A DNA stretch of 64,000 nucleotides from assembly GCA_963805625.1 (NCBI GenBank), contig CAWDVE010000010.1, positions 864,001 to 928,000 of the forward strand. The letters run 5' to 3'. The position numbers were made by a program, and so were the translations under genes. Positions within the stretch are counted from its first letter, which is position 1, and each line of letters opens with the position of its first letter. This document shows positions 1 to 9,311 of the stretch, one piece after another. The notes under the pieces are model-generated. The model made no database searches. It was not told the origin of the DNA and saw only the letters and a list, made by a program, of their open reading frames with translations. Origin of the DNA: an uncultured Candidatus Rokubacteria bacterium (lineage in GTDB: Bacteria; Methylomirabilota; Methylomirabilia; Rokubacteriales; DASRDR01).

Positions 1-1153
1 GAATCACCATCTCTTCCAGCCGTTGCTCTATCAGGTGGCCACCGCAGCCCTGAACCCCGCGGACATCGCCGCCCCGATCCGGAGCGTGTTCCGGGGATGG
101 AGGAACGTCTCGGTCGTGCTGGCGGAGGCCGTGGCGGTCGACGCCAACGCCCGAAAGCTCATCCTCGCCGATGGCGAGCTCCCCTACGACTACCTCGTGC
201 TCGCGACCGGCGCGACCCACTCCTACTTCGGTCACGACGAGTGGGCGCCCTTGGCGCCCGGTCTCAAGAGCATCGAGGACGCGCTCGAGATCCGGCGCCG
301 GGTGCTCCTCGCCTACGAGATGGCCGAGCGGGAGCAGAACGCCGAGCGCCGTCGCGAATGGATGACGTTCGTGATCATCGGCGGCGGGCCCACGGGCGTC
401 GAGCTGGCCGGCGCGCTGGCAGAGATCTCGCGCCAGGCGCTGGCACGGGAGTTCCAGCACATCGACCCCAGCCACGCGCGCATCATCCTGATCGAGAGCA
501 TGCCGCGGGTGCTCCCGCCCTATGCGGAGGACCTCTCGGCCAAGGCCCGGGCGCAGCTCGAGCGGCTGGGCGTGGATGTCTGGACCGGCGCCCGCGTGAC
601 CGGGATCGACGCCGGTGTCGTCCACCTGGGCCAGGAGCGGATCCTCGCGCGGACCGTCGTCTGGGCCGCGGGCGTGGCGGCCTCACCGTTGGCGCGCACG
701 CTCGGTGTCCCGCTGGATCGCGCCGGACGCATCCTCGTCCGCCCCACCCTCGCGATCCCCGGCCACGACGACATCTTCGTGATCGGCGACCTGGCGGCGG
801 TGGAGCAGGACGGCAAGCTGGTCCCCGGAGTCGCCCCGGCCGCGATCCAGATGGGCCGGCACGCCGCGCGAAGCATCCGCCTGAGTCTCGCCGGCCAGCC
901 CGGGCAGGCGTTCCGCTATCGCGACAAGGGCAGCTTCGCGACGATCGGGCGCGGCAAGGCGGTGGGCGAGATGCGCGGGGGCGTCAAGCTATCCGGCTTC
1001 CCCGCCTGGATCGCCTGGCTCGCGATCCACATCTTCTTCCTGATCGGCTTCCGCAGCCGGGTGCTGGTGATCTTCCAGTGGGCGTACTCGTACGTCACCT
1101 TCCGGCGCGGGGCCCGCCTGATCACCGGGGCGCCCCCGCCACCGCTCCGGTAG
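1..1153 (+). CDS. ndh: Type II NADH:quinone oxidoreductase (NDH-2), 5'-truncated by the window edge
   Basis: Frame is open from base 2 (NHHLFQPLLYQVAT); contains ATG, GGGPTGVELAG, WAAG and IGD motifs plus the C-terminal amphipathic region. Confidence 0.93.
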   Translation, partial: NHHLFQPLLYQVATAALNPADIAAPIRSVFRGWRNVSVVLAEAVAVDANARKLILADGELPYDYLVLATGATHSYFGHDEWAPLAPGLKSIEDALEIRRRVLLAYEMAEREQNAERRREWMTFVIIGGGPTGVELAGALAEISRQALAREFQHIDPSHARIILIESMPRVLPPYAEDLSAKARAQLERLGVDVWTGARVTGIDAGVVHLGQERILARTVVWAAGVAASPLARTLGVPLDRAGRILVRPTLAIPGHDDIFVIGDLAAVEQDGKLVPGVAPAAIQMGRHAARSIRLSLAGQPGQAFRYRDKGSFATIGRGKAVGEMRGGVKLSGFPAWIAWLAIHIFFLIGFRSRVLVIFQWAYSYVTFRRGARLITGAPPPPLR

Positions 1154-1167
1154 CCGGCCCGATCAGC

Positions 1168-1255
1168 CGATGCGCCTCAGCCGTCAGGCGATGCGCCCCA
1201 GCCGTCAGGCGATGCGCCCCAGCCGTCAGGCGATGCGCCCCAGCCGTCAGGCGAT
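1168..1255. repeat. 21-bp tandem repeat, 4 copies plus a partial, unit CGATGCGCC(C/T)CAGCCGTCAGG
   Basis: Copies start at 1168, 1189, 1210 and 1231; one mismatch, in copy 1. Confidence 0.97.
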
Positions 1256-2008
1256 CCGGATGATCCCCGGCTCGACCTGCTCGAAGCGCGTCGCCACCTC
1301 CGGGTCGTGGCCCGCCACGACCCGGTCGCGTGAGCCCGCCAGGGCATGGATGGTCTCGAAGCCGGCCAGCATCTCCGGCAGGCTCGTGATGATCTGGACA
1401 GGCTGGAAGCGCTCCACGTTCCGGTAGAAGTGGGACGCGTCGGACGTGAGCACGATCCGGCCCTTCGCCGTCTCCACCGACACGATCTGGAGCCCCGCCG
1501 TGTGGCCGCCGATCCGGTGGACCCGGAGACCCGGCAAGACTTCCCGGTCGCCCTGGACCAAGCGGACGCGCCTCGCGTAGTTGAGCCGAACCAGCTCGGC
1601 CAGCGCCTCCGGGTGGGCAGACATCCGATACGCGTCGTAGCGGGCCACGGGCCCGGTCCAGAACGCGACCTCGTCCTGCTGGACCCAAAACTCGGCACCG
1701 GGAAAGTGCCGGTAGCCGGCCCAGTGGTCCCAGTGCAGATGCGTCACCAGCGCCGTGGGGATCTCGTCGGCCCGCACGCCGAGCCGCGCGACCATGGCGG
1801 CCGGGCTGACGTAGCCGCGAAGCCCCCGCGCGGCGGCGTCCTCTTCACCGAACCCGGTGTCGACCAGGACTGGATGCGGCCCGCCGAGGATCAGCCAGAC
1901 GAAGAAGTGGAGCGTGATCCGCTCGTGCGACGGCTCCCGGTAGAAGAACTCGCACGCCGTGGTGTCCCGCTCCCCGCACTTGAGCGCATAGACCTGGTAC
2001 ACACGCAA
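1247..2008 (-). CDS. Metallo-beta-lactamase fold hydrolase, N-acyl homoserine lactonase (AiiA/AttM-like) family
   Basis: LVDTG, THLHWDH (HxHxDH), GGHTAG, SDASH and AGHD motifs; GGAGG RBS before the GTG. Confidence 0.85.
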   Translation of the reverse strand: MRVYQVYALKCGERDTTACEFFYREPSHERITLHFFVWLILGGPHPVLVDTGFGEEDAAARGLRGYVSPAAMVARLGVRADEIPTALVTHLHWDHWAGYRHFPGAEFWVQQDEVAFWTGPVARYDAYRMSAHPEALAELVRLNYARRVRLVQGDREVLPGLRVHRIGGHTAGLQIVSVETAKGRIVLTSDASHFYRNVERFQPVQIITSLPEMLAGFETIHALAGSRDRVVAGHDPEVATRFEQVEPGIIRIA

Positions 2009-2051
2009 CCTCCGTCGAATGGAGTGGGCCCGGGTCGGGCCGGGGTCCAGT

Positions 2052-2570
2052 CTACCGCGTGAGCCAGCTGAGCAGGCGGCTCGGGAGGAGCGGACCGGCG
2101 AGAGCGGCCGAGGCTACCCGGTCGGCTTGGAGCGGGGCCGATCCGGGCTTCGAGCGGACAGGGGACGGCAGCGGATAGATGGCCCGTGTCGCCGCGGCGA
2201 CCACGTAGACACGCAGGTTGTTCGATTCGGGGTCCGCGGGGATGAGGAAGAAGCCCAGAGGATCCGTCGCGGGGCTGTCCGTCACCCCGACCATCACCTC
2301 GCCGTCACGGAACCGGACCTCGACGTGCGGTCGCACCACCTCCCCGGTGGGGAATTTCTGACCATCCTGTCGGGCAGGATTCCCGATGAAATCCCGGACG
2401 AAGAAGACCGCCTTGAGATCGCGCACGAGCACCTGGGTGGACGCTCCGATCGCACTCGGCTGCTCGAAAACATGGAACCGCGCTTGGGCGGGACCGAAGT
2501 CGAACGTGTATCCCTTGACCAGGCGCCCGTCGGCATAGCGGGCGACCACCTTCCGGTGACTCGCGGTCAT
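2052..2570 (-). CDS. Hypothetical protein, DUF6982-like (KVVARYADGRLVKGYTFDF...DLKAVFFVRDF)
   Basis: Two-repeat beta-barrel pattern recognised from memory; AGGAG RBS upstream of the ATG at 2570. Confidence 0.7.
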   Translation of the reverse strand: MTASHRKVVARYADGRLVKGYTFDFGPAQARFHVFEQPSAIGASTQVLVRDLKAVFFVRDFIGNPARQDGQKFPTGEVVRPHVEVRFRDGEVMVGVTDSPATDPLGFFLIPADPESNNLRVYVVAAATRAIYPLPSPVRSKPGSAPLQADRVASAALAGPLLPSRLLSWLTR

Positions 2571-2655
2571 CGTGGCTCCTCTTCGGTTGAGGGCGAGCCA
2601 GTCTCGCGCCGGCGGTCTCTGACTCAGGCCATAAACCTCCCGCCGCGCGTCTAAG

Positions 2656-2671
2656 AGCAACATCCGTGCCA
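2656..2671 (-). promoter_or_regulatory. Sigma-54 (-24/-12) promoter
   Basis: Minus strand reads TGGCAC-GGATG-TTGCT, the exact consensus and spacing, about 85 bp upstream of the gene at 2570. Confidence 0.8.
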
Positions 2672-2771
2672 CAGAAAGACGGCCAGCGAACCAAGTCGCT
2701 CACCCGGCGACCAGCGATTCGCTGGCCGCGCTTGCGGGCCTGGAACCCCCAATGTAGATTGGCTCCCGGTC

Positions 2772-3628
2772 ATGGTCGCTCGTCCCCTCGGACTCGGACG
2801 GCACCGCGCCGGGCTCGCCGCATGTGTCATCCTGTCGGTGCTGGGCGTTATGGCTGCCCTGGCTCCCTGGATCGCCCCCCAGGATCCCCTCGTCCAGAAC
2901 CGGACGGACCGCTTCCTGCCGCCATCCTTCCCCCACCCCTTCGGCACCGACGAGTTCGGGCGCGACATCCTGAGCCGGGTGATCCACGGCGCTCGCATCT
3001 CGCTCCTCACCGGCGCCGTCGCGGTGCTGATCGGCGGGATGGTAGGGGTGCCTCTGGGGCTCCTCGGAGGCTTCGCGGGCGGGCTCACCGACGCCATGAT
3101 CATGCGCGTGCTCGACTTCCTGCTGGCCGTGCCGGCGATCCTGCTCGCCATGGTCATCATCGCGATCCTGGGCCCCGGCTCGTTCAACGCCATGCTGGCG
3201 GTCGGCGTCGTGAGCGTGCCGGCGTTCGCGCGGCTGACGCGCGCCAGCACACTCACGCTCAAGGAGCGCGATTTCGTAGTGGCGACGCGGGCCCTCGGCG
3301 TCGGCCCCGCGTATCTCATGTTCCGTACGATCCTGCTGAACGCGCTCACGCCGATCGTCGTCCAGGTCGCGGTCACCGCCGCGGTGGCGATGCTGCTCGA
3401 GGCCGCGCTGTCCTTCCTCGGGCTCGGCACCCAGCCGCCCGCCCCCTCCTGGGGCTCGATGCTGAACACCGGCCGCTCGTTCCTCTACCACGCGCCATGG
3501 TACGGGCTCTTTCCCGGCATGGTGATCACGGTATCGGTCCTCTCCCTCAACGCGCTCGCCGACGTGCTGCAGGCCGTCATCGACCGCGGGGGGCGGGCCG
3601 CGCGACTGGGCCGGAGCGGATGTCCTGA
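2772..3628 (+). CDS. Peptide/nickel ABC permease (DppC/OppC-type), apparent frameshift near its 3' end
   Basis: HPFGTDEFGRD, EAALSFLGLG and PSWG motifs; one extra G in the G6 run at 3588-3593 would give a stop in a TGATG overlap at 3626-3630. Confidence 0.88.
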
Positions 3629-4572
3629 TGGCCCGCTACGTTCTCTTTCGCGTGTTCCAGCTGCTGCCAGTCCTCCTCCTCGCGTCCGTCGCGGTCTGGC
3701 TGATGATCTACTTGATCCCAGGCGACCCCGCGATCGCGCTTCTCGGGCCCGACGCCACGGAGGAACAGATCCAGCTCGCCCGCGAGCGCATGGGTCTCCA
3801 CCGGCCGCTCCCGGTCCAGTACGGGCTGTGGCTCGGTCGCGCCGCCCGGGGGGACCTCGGGGTCTCCTACATCAGCGGCGTCCCCGTGGGAACGATGCTC
3901 AGGCAGCGCGTTCCGGTAACGATCCAGCTGACCGTGGCGTCCCTCGCGGTGGCGCTCGCGATCGCCGCCCCCTTGGGCGTCGTCGCTGCCGTGCGGCCGC
4001 GGTCCTGGATCGCCCGCGCGGTGACGGGCTACAATGCCATGGCGATGGCTGTCCCCACCTTCTGGCTCGGCATTCTGCTGGTGCTCTGCTTCGCGCTCTG
4101 GCTCCAATGGCTTCCCGCGTCCGGCTTCGTTCCCTTCTGGGAGGAGCCGGTGCGCGCGCTCCGGTTCCTGGTCCTCCCCGCCTTCACGCTTGGGGCCTAC
4201 GTCTCCGCGGTGCTGGCCCGGTTCACGCGCGCGGCCCTGATGGAGACGCTCTACCAGGACTACGTGCGCACCGCGCGAGCCAAGGGGCTGGGGGAGCGCT
4301 CCGTCGTCGGAGGCCACGCTCTCCGGAACGCGCTCATCCCGATCGTGACCGTCGTCGGACTCCAGTTCGGCGCCTTCATGGGCGGGACCGTCATCACGGA
4401 GGCGATCTTCGACTACCCGGGGCTCGGTCGGATGCTCCTCCAGGCCATCCTGACGCGTGACTACACGGTCGTGCAGGGCACGATCCTCTTCGTCGTCGTC
4501 GCCTTCGTCGCCATCAACCTCGTCACCGACCTCACGTACGCGCTTCTGGATCCGCGGATCCGGTACTCGTGA
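3628..4572 (+). CDS. Peptide/nickel ABC permease (DppB/OppB-type)
   Basis: PGDPA, GDLGVS, DYVRTARAKGL (EAA loop) and DPRIR motifs. Confidence 0.95.
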   Translation: MARYVLFRVFQLLPVLLLASVAVWLMIYLIPGDPAIALLGPDATEEQIQLARERMGLHRPLPVQYGLWLGRAARGDLGVSYISGVPVGTMLRQRVPVTIQLTVASLAVALAIAAPLGVVAAVRPRSWIARAVTGYNAMAMAVPTFWLGILLVLCFALWLQWLPASGFVPFWEEPVRALRFLVLPAFTLGAYVSAVLARFTRAALMETLYQDYVRTARAKGLGERSVVGGHALRNALIPIVTVVGLQFGAFMGGTVITEAIFDYPGLGRMLLQAILTRDYTVVQGTILFVVVAFVAINLVTDLTYALLDPRIRYS

Positions 4573-4594
4573 ATCCACCCAGGAAGGAGACGCC

Positions 4595-6127
4595 ATGACC
4601 CGATTCCGCTCCCCGAGCCGCCGTCGATTCCTCCAGGGCCTTGCCGCAGGCAGCATCGCGGGGACGAGCCTCGCGACCGCGGTGCGCCGCGCCGCCGCGA
4701 AGAAGCGGGGCGGCACCGTGACCGTGGGTCTGCCGCAGGACGCCATCAGCTTCGATCCGCACAACCTCCTCTTCCAGGGCTTCCCGATCCACCAAAGCTT
4801 CTACGACACGCTCATCCGCTACGACCAGACGCTTCGCCCGCTACCCGGCCTCGCCGAGCGCTGGACGATCGCGCCGGACGGGCAGTCGGTCACGCTCGTC
4901 TTGCGAAAGGGCGTGAAGTACCACAGCGGGAAGGACATGGTCGCGGCCGACGTCGTGAAGAACTTCGAGAAGGCCGCCGACCCCGCGCGCGGCTTCAACA
5001 TGCTGCCGGCGGTCGCCAACGTCGCCGAGGTGACTGCGCCGGATGCCGGAACGGTCCTCATCAAGTTCAAGAAGGTGTCGCCCGAGGCCACCGACCTTCT
5101 CCAGGCCATGTCGATCATCGACCCCTCCGGCATGGACGGCATCGCCCGGCGCGCCGCCGGGAGCGGACCCTTCAAGTTCGTGGAGTGGATCCCCGGGGAC
5201 CGGATCGTCGGGGAGCGCAACTCCGACTACTGGAACAAGCCCGCGCCGTACGTCGACCGACTCGTCTACAAGGTCTTCGGCGACTCCGACGCCATGGTGG
5301 CCGCCCTCCAGTCCGGGATCATCGACCTCTGCACGTCCTTCCCGCCGAAGGACGTCGCCCGCCTCTCGCGCGACTTCAACATGGTCCGGGGCCATCCGGG
5401 GGCGCTGACCTACGAGTTCCGCATCAACGTCACGAAGCCGCCCTTCGACCGGAAGGAGGTCCGTCAGGCGCTGCACTACGCCATCGACCGGAAGGGGATC
5501 GTCGAGAAGGTGCTCTTCGGCATCAGCCAGCCGACGGTGCTCCCCTACAGCCCTCACTCCGCTGCCTACGACAAGACGGCCCTCGACAAGTACCCCTTCG
5601 ATCTCAACCGAGCAAAGGAGCTCCTCGGGAAGTCCGGCGCGACGAGCCTCAAGGCCGAGGCCATGGTCGTCAGCTCCTATCCCGAGCTCGGGGCCATCGC
5701 CCAGGTCATGCAGGCTGATCTAGTAAAGATCGGGTTCGACCTGTCCATCGCGGTCATCGACCCGACGCAGGGCAGCCGGCGGCTCCTGGCCGGTGACTTC
5801 CACTGCACGCCCTCGTTCTCCGGGAACACCCAGAAGTATCCGACGCGGGTGACGCTCAACAGCATCTGGCGCATGGCCAAGAACCCGGTGTGGGGCGACA
5901 ACGTCCCGAAGGCGTACGTCGACGCCGTCAACGAGGCCAGCGGCACGATCGACCCGGCCAAGCAGAAGGCGGCCTTCGCGAAGTTCAACGCGGCGATCCT
6001 CGACGAGTCCTGGGTGATCCCGATCGCCTATCGTCAGAGCGTGTTCGGGGTGGCCAAGCACGTCGACGGCTTCGCGTACACTGTCGACGACATGGCGGTG
6101 CTCGAGAACGTGAGCCTAGAGAAGTAG
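4595..6127 (+). CDS. ABC family-5 solute-binding protein, Tat-exported
   Basis: SRRRFL twin-arginine signal; LRKGVKYHSG and GSGPF motifs; AGGAG RBS. Confidence 0.93.
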   Translation: MTRFRSPSRRRFLQGLAAGSIAGTSLATAVRRAAAKKRGGTVTVGLPQDAISFDPHNLLFQGFPIHQSFYDTLIRYDQTLRPLPGLAERWTIAPDGQSVTLVLRKGVKYHSGKDMVAADVVKNFEKAADPARGFNMLPAVANVAEVTAPDAGTVLIKFKKVSPEATDLLQAMSIIDPSGMDGIARRAAGSGPFKFVEWIPGDRIVGERNSDYWNKPAPYVDRLVYKVFGDSDAMVAALQSGIIDLCTSFPPKDVARLSRDFNMVRGHPGALTYEFRINVTKPPFDRKEVRQALHYAIDRKGIVEKVLFGISQPTVLPYSPHSAAYDKTALDKYPFDLNRAKELLGKSGATSLKAEAMVVSSYPELGAIAQVMQADLVKIGFDLSIAVIDPTQGSRRLLAGDFHCTPSFSGNTQKYPTRVTLNSIWRMAKNPVWGDNVPKAYVDAVNEASGTIDPAKQKAAFAKFNAAILDESWVIPIAYRQSVFGVAKHVDGFAYTVDDMAVLENVSLEK

Positions 6128-6183
6128 GCGCGGCGTCAATGCGCATCTCGGGCGCCGCCGGACGGCTCGGGCGGGATCGGTAG

Positions 6184-7734
6184 ATGGCTCCGGCGGCGCC
6201 CGTGCGGATCGCGATCGGGCAGTTCATGGAGGAGTCCAACACCTTCGTCCGCCAGCGCGCGGATCTCGCGCACTTCCGCGCCACCCAGCTCCTGTACGGA
6301 GACGATATCGTCGCGCGCCTCCGCGGCACCCGGGCCGAGGTGGGGGGCTTCCTCGACGTGCTGGGCCCTGCCGGCGTCGAGGTGGTCCCGACGGTCGCGG
6401 CCAACGCCGTCTCCTCGGGGCCAGTGACCCGGGCCACGTTCGACCACGTGCGGGACGCGCTCCTCGAGCGCCTGGCCGCGGCGGGGCCGGTCGACGGCGT
6501 GCTCCTCGCGCTCCACGGCGCAATGGTGCTCGAGGACGGGCCGGACGGCGAGGGCGAGCTCCTCGCCGCGGTCCGGAAGGTCATCGGCCCCGCCGTTCCG
6601 CTCGTCGCGACGCTGGACCTTCACGCCACGATCACGCCCCGGATGGTCCAGGAGGCCGACGCCCTGGTCGGGTACGACACGTACCCGCACATCGACCTCT
6701 ACGAGACCGGCGCCAAGGCGGCGGCCCTCCTCCTCCGGACCGTGCGGGGAGAGGTGCACCCCGCCACCCTCTTCGCGCGCGCCCCTATGCTGGTGCCGGC
6801 CGAGGGCCAGGGCACGAACGAGCAGCCGATGGCCGGGCTGATGGCCGAGGCCAAGCGCCTCCAGGCGCGGCCCGGAGTCCTGGCAGTCTCGCTGTTCCCG
6901 GTCCAACCGTGGCTCGACATCCCCGGCACCGGGTTCTGCGTCATGGCCGTCGCCGACGGGCCCCGGCGCGCCGCCGAGATCGAACCGATGGTCCGCCAGC
7001 TGGCCTGGCAAGCCTGGGAGCGGCGACGAAGCTTCGCGGCCGACCTCCTGACCGTGGACGACGCCATCCGCCGCGCCCTCGCAGCCGAGGGCGGCCCGTT
7101 CATCCTGTCCGAGTCGGCGGACAGCACGGGATCGGGCTCCCCCGGCGACAGCGTCCACGTGCTCGAGCGCCTCCTCGCCCTGGGTGTCCAGGCGCGATGC
7201 CTCGTGACGGTGGTCGACGCTCCGGCGGTCGCGCGCGCGATCGCCGCGGGTGTCGGTGCCGACGTGTCCACCACGGTCGGAGGCACCCTCGACCCGCGGT
7301 ACAACCGGCCGGTACCCATCGCGGGCCGCGTCCGGATCCTCACCGACGGCCGCTACGTCTCGTCCGACAAGAAATCGCTCGGCGTCGAGTTCCAGATGGG
7401 GCGGGCGGCGGTCATCGAGGTCGGGCGCATCGCCGTGCTGGCAACCGAGCGGCCCGCGTTCACCTTCGACCCCGCTCTCTACCGTTCGGTCGGCCTCGAG
7501 CCGCGGGACGCGAAGATCGTCGTCGTAAAGTCTCCGCTGCAGTTCCGAGATGGCTATGGCGACATCGCGCGGGCGTGCTGGGTCGTCGACACGCCCGGGC
7601 CGAGCACGGCACGCGTCGAGCGTCTCGACTGGCGCCACCGGGCCCGGCCGCTCTTCCCCTTCGAGGACGACTTCGAGCCCGAGATCCGCGCCGTGCTCGG
7701 CTCCGGGCGGGGCGGGACCGAACCCCCCCGATGA
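6184..7734 (+). CDS. MlrC-like M81 family metallopeptidase
   Basis: ESNTF, LHGAM, DLHA, YPHIDLYE and VVVKS motifs. Confidence 0.9.
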   Translation: MAPAAPVRIAIGQFMEESNTFVRQRADLAHFRATQLLYGDDIVARLRGTRAEVGGFLDVLGPAGVEVVPTVAANAVSSGPVTRATFDHVRDALLERLAAAGPVDGVLLALHGAMVLEDGPDGEGELLAAVRKVIGPAVPLVATLDLHATITPRMVQEADALVGYDTYPHIDLYETGAKAAALLLRTVRGEVHPATLFARAPMLVPAEGQGTNEQPMAGLMAEAKRLQARPGVLAVSLFPVQPWLDIPGTGFCVMAVADGPRRAAEIEPMVRQLAWQAWERRRSFAADLLTVDDAIRRALAAEGGPFILSESADSTGSGSPGDSVHVLERLLALGVQARCLVTVVDAPAVARAIAAGVGADVSTTVGGTLDPRYNRPVPIAGRVRILTDGRYVSSDKKSLGVEFQMGRAAVIEVGRIAVLATERPAFTFDPALYRSVGLEPRDAKIVVVKSPLQFRDGYGDIARACWVVDTPGPSTARVERLDWRHRARPLFPFEDDFEPEIRAVLGSGRGGTEPPR

Positions 7735-8093
7735 CCGGCACGCCTCGCGCCCCCGTCCCGATCTTCCGCTGGAGCGGAGCGCTCTGGGGCTTCGTCGAAC
7801 ACGACCGCCTCTACGACCGCTACGGACGGCAGGCAGGATGGGTCGAGGCGGTTCCGGGCCGCGGGCCCGACGTGTTCGATCTGGACGGGCGCTTCCTGGG
7901 TGAGCTGTTCGGCCGTCACTACGTGATGCGCCACACGCTGCGGGAGGAGCCAGTCCACCGCACTCCCCGCGTGCGGACCATCCACCCCGCCCCGCCCGAC
8001 CCGGTGCCCGCCCGTGACCCCCGGATCCCAATCGACGATTGGACGGACGCCTTGCCCTGGCCGCTGCCGCCGCCGGACCCGCCGGCCCGCTGA
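7731..8093 (+). CDS. Small hypothetical protein, 4-fold beta-flower-like repeat with a Pro-rich tail
   Basis: ATGA overlap with the MlrC stop; repeated IF/LY-D-x-x-G-x-x-x-G units (IFRWSGALWG, LYDRYGRQAG, VFDLDGRFLG). Confidence 0.6.
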   Translation: MTGTPRAPVPIFRWSGALWGFVEHDRLYDRYGRQAGWVEAVPGRGPDVFDLDGRFLGELFGRHYVMRHTLREEPVHRTPRVRTIHPAPPDPVPARDPRIPIDDWTDALPWPLPPPDPPAR

Positions 8094-8114
8094 CGGCGGC
8101 CCGGCGCCGGCGAC

Positions 8115-8804
8115 GTGTCACTCACCCGGGCGATGCCCCTCCTGCGGCCCTCGCCACGGCCACGGCGCCAGCACCCGGCATGGCTGGTCTGCGTGGTCGC
8201 GAGCGCGCTCCTCCTCGGCCCGGGCATCGCGTGGGGCGCAACGTTCCGGGTCGATCCCGAACGGACCCGCCTGGCCGTCAGGCTCTACCGCGAGGGCGTC
8301 GGGAGCCGGCTTGCCCACGACCACGTCGTCGAGGCCACCGAGGTGACGGGCCGCGTCGAGTACGACGTCGATCGGCCCGAGGGGAGCTCGATCGTGATCG
8401 AGGCTCGCACCTCCTCGCTCCGGGTCGATGAGCCCGCGGCGCGCCGGCGGCTCGGTGTGGAAGGCGATCTCTCCGACAGCCAGCGCGCGGATGTCGACAA
8501 GGCCATGCGCGCCCCGGACCAGCTCGACGTCGCACGGCACCCGACGATCCGCTTCGTGTCGACGCGAGTCCTCCTCGAGGGGGATGGTCGGCTGCGAGTC
8601 ACCGGCCAGATGACCCTTCGAGGCGTGACGCGGGAGGTGTCCTTCCCGGCCACGGTGGCGCTGGAGTCCGGCACTCTCAGGGGCCGGGCGATGCTGACCT
8701 TCCTCCAGTCGAGCTTCGGCTACCAGCCCTACCGCGCGCTCCTCGGCGCGATCCGGAACAAGGACGAGGTCACGCTCCACGTCGACCTCACGGCCACCCC
8801 GTGA
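8115..8804 (+). CDS. YceI-family lipid/polyisoprenoid-binding exported protein
   Basis: Signal peptide (AWG-A); LDVARHPTIRFVS and GQMTLRGVTREV motifs. Confidence 0.85.
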   Translation: MSLTRAMPLLRPSPRPRRQHPAWLVCVVASALLLGPGIAWGATFRVDPERTRLAVRLYREGVGSRLAHDHVVEATEVTGRVEYDVDRPEGSSIVIEARTSSLRVDEPAARRRLGVEGDLSDSQRADVDKAMRAPDQLDVARHPTIRFVSTRVLLEGDGRLRVTGQMTLRGVTREVSFPATVALESGTLRGRAMLTFLQSSFGYQPYRALLGAIRNKDEVTLHVDLTATP

Positions 8805-9289
8805 GCACCCCTGGCCCGGCGGACAAGGGCTCGGACCCGCGGGACGTCACGGTGCCGAAGTCGGTGGCCCAGTGGCGCTCCTTCGGCCGCGGGTACCTCC
8901 CGGGCCTCGTCGGCATCGAGTTCGGCGACATCGTGCCCGGGCGCGTCACGAGCCGACTGGTCGTCCGACAGGAGCTCATGGCCCCGAACGGCTACCTCCA
9001 TGCCGCGACGGTCGTGGCGCTCGCCGACACGTCGAGCGGCTACGGAACCGTGGCCAGCCTCCCGGAAGGGGCTCGCGGCTTCACGACGATCGAGCTCAAG
9101 TCGAACTTCCTCGGAACCGTCCACGAGGGCGCGATCGCGTGCGAGGCGACGCTGACGCACGGCGGCCGTACCACCCAGGTCTGGGACGCGCGGATCACGG
9201 ACGAAGCCACGGGGCGGGTCATCGCCCTGTTCCGCTGCACGCAGCTCCTTCTCTACCCGCGCGAGGCCTCCTCCGGCCGACCGCCGTGA
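8801..9289 (+). CDS. PaaI-family hotdog thioesterase
   Basis: NGYLHAA..ALADT, TIELKSNF and HGGRTTQVWD motifs. Confidence 0.9.
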   Translation: MSTPGPADKGSDPRDVTVPKSVAQWRSFGRGYLPGLVGIEFGDIVPGRVTSRLVVRQELMAPNGYLHAATVVALADTSSGYGTVASLPEGARGFTTIELKSNFLGTVHEGAIACEATLTHGGRTTQVWDARITDEATGRVIALFRCTQLLLYPREASSGRPP

Positions 9290-9311
9290 CCGAACCGACC
9301 AGGCGCCTCCG

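Noticed and set aside
1168-1255. CRISPR array
   Set aside because: The repeats are head-to-tail with no spacers, and there are no cas genes.
2772-4460. 562-aa extended permease
   Set aside because: The extension is an out-of-frame overlap with dppB caused by a probable one-base indel.
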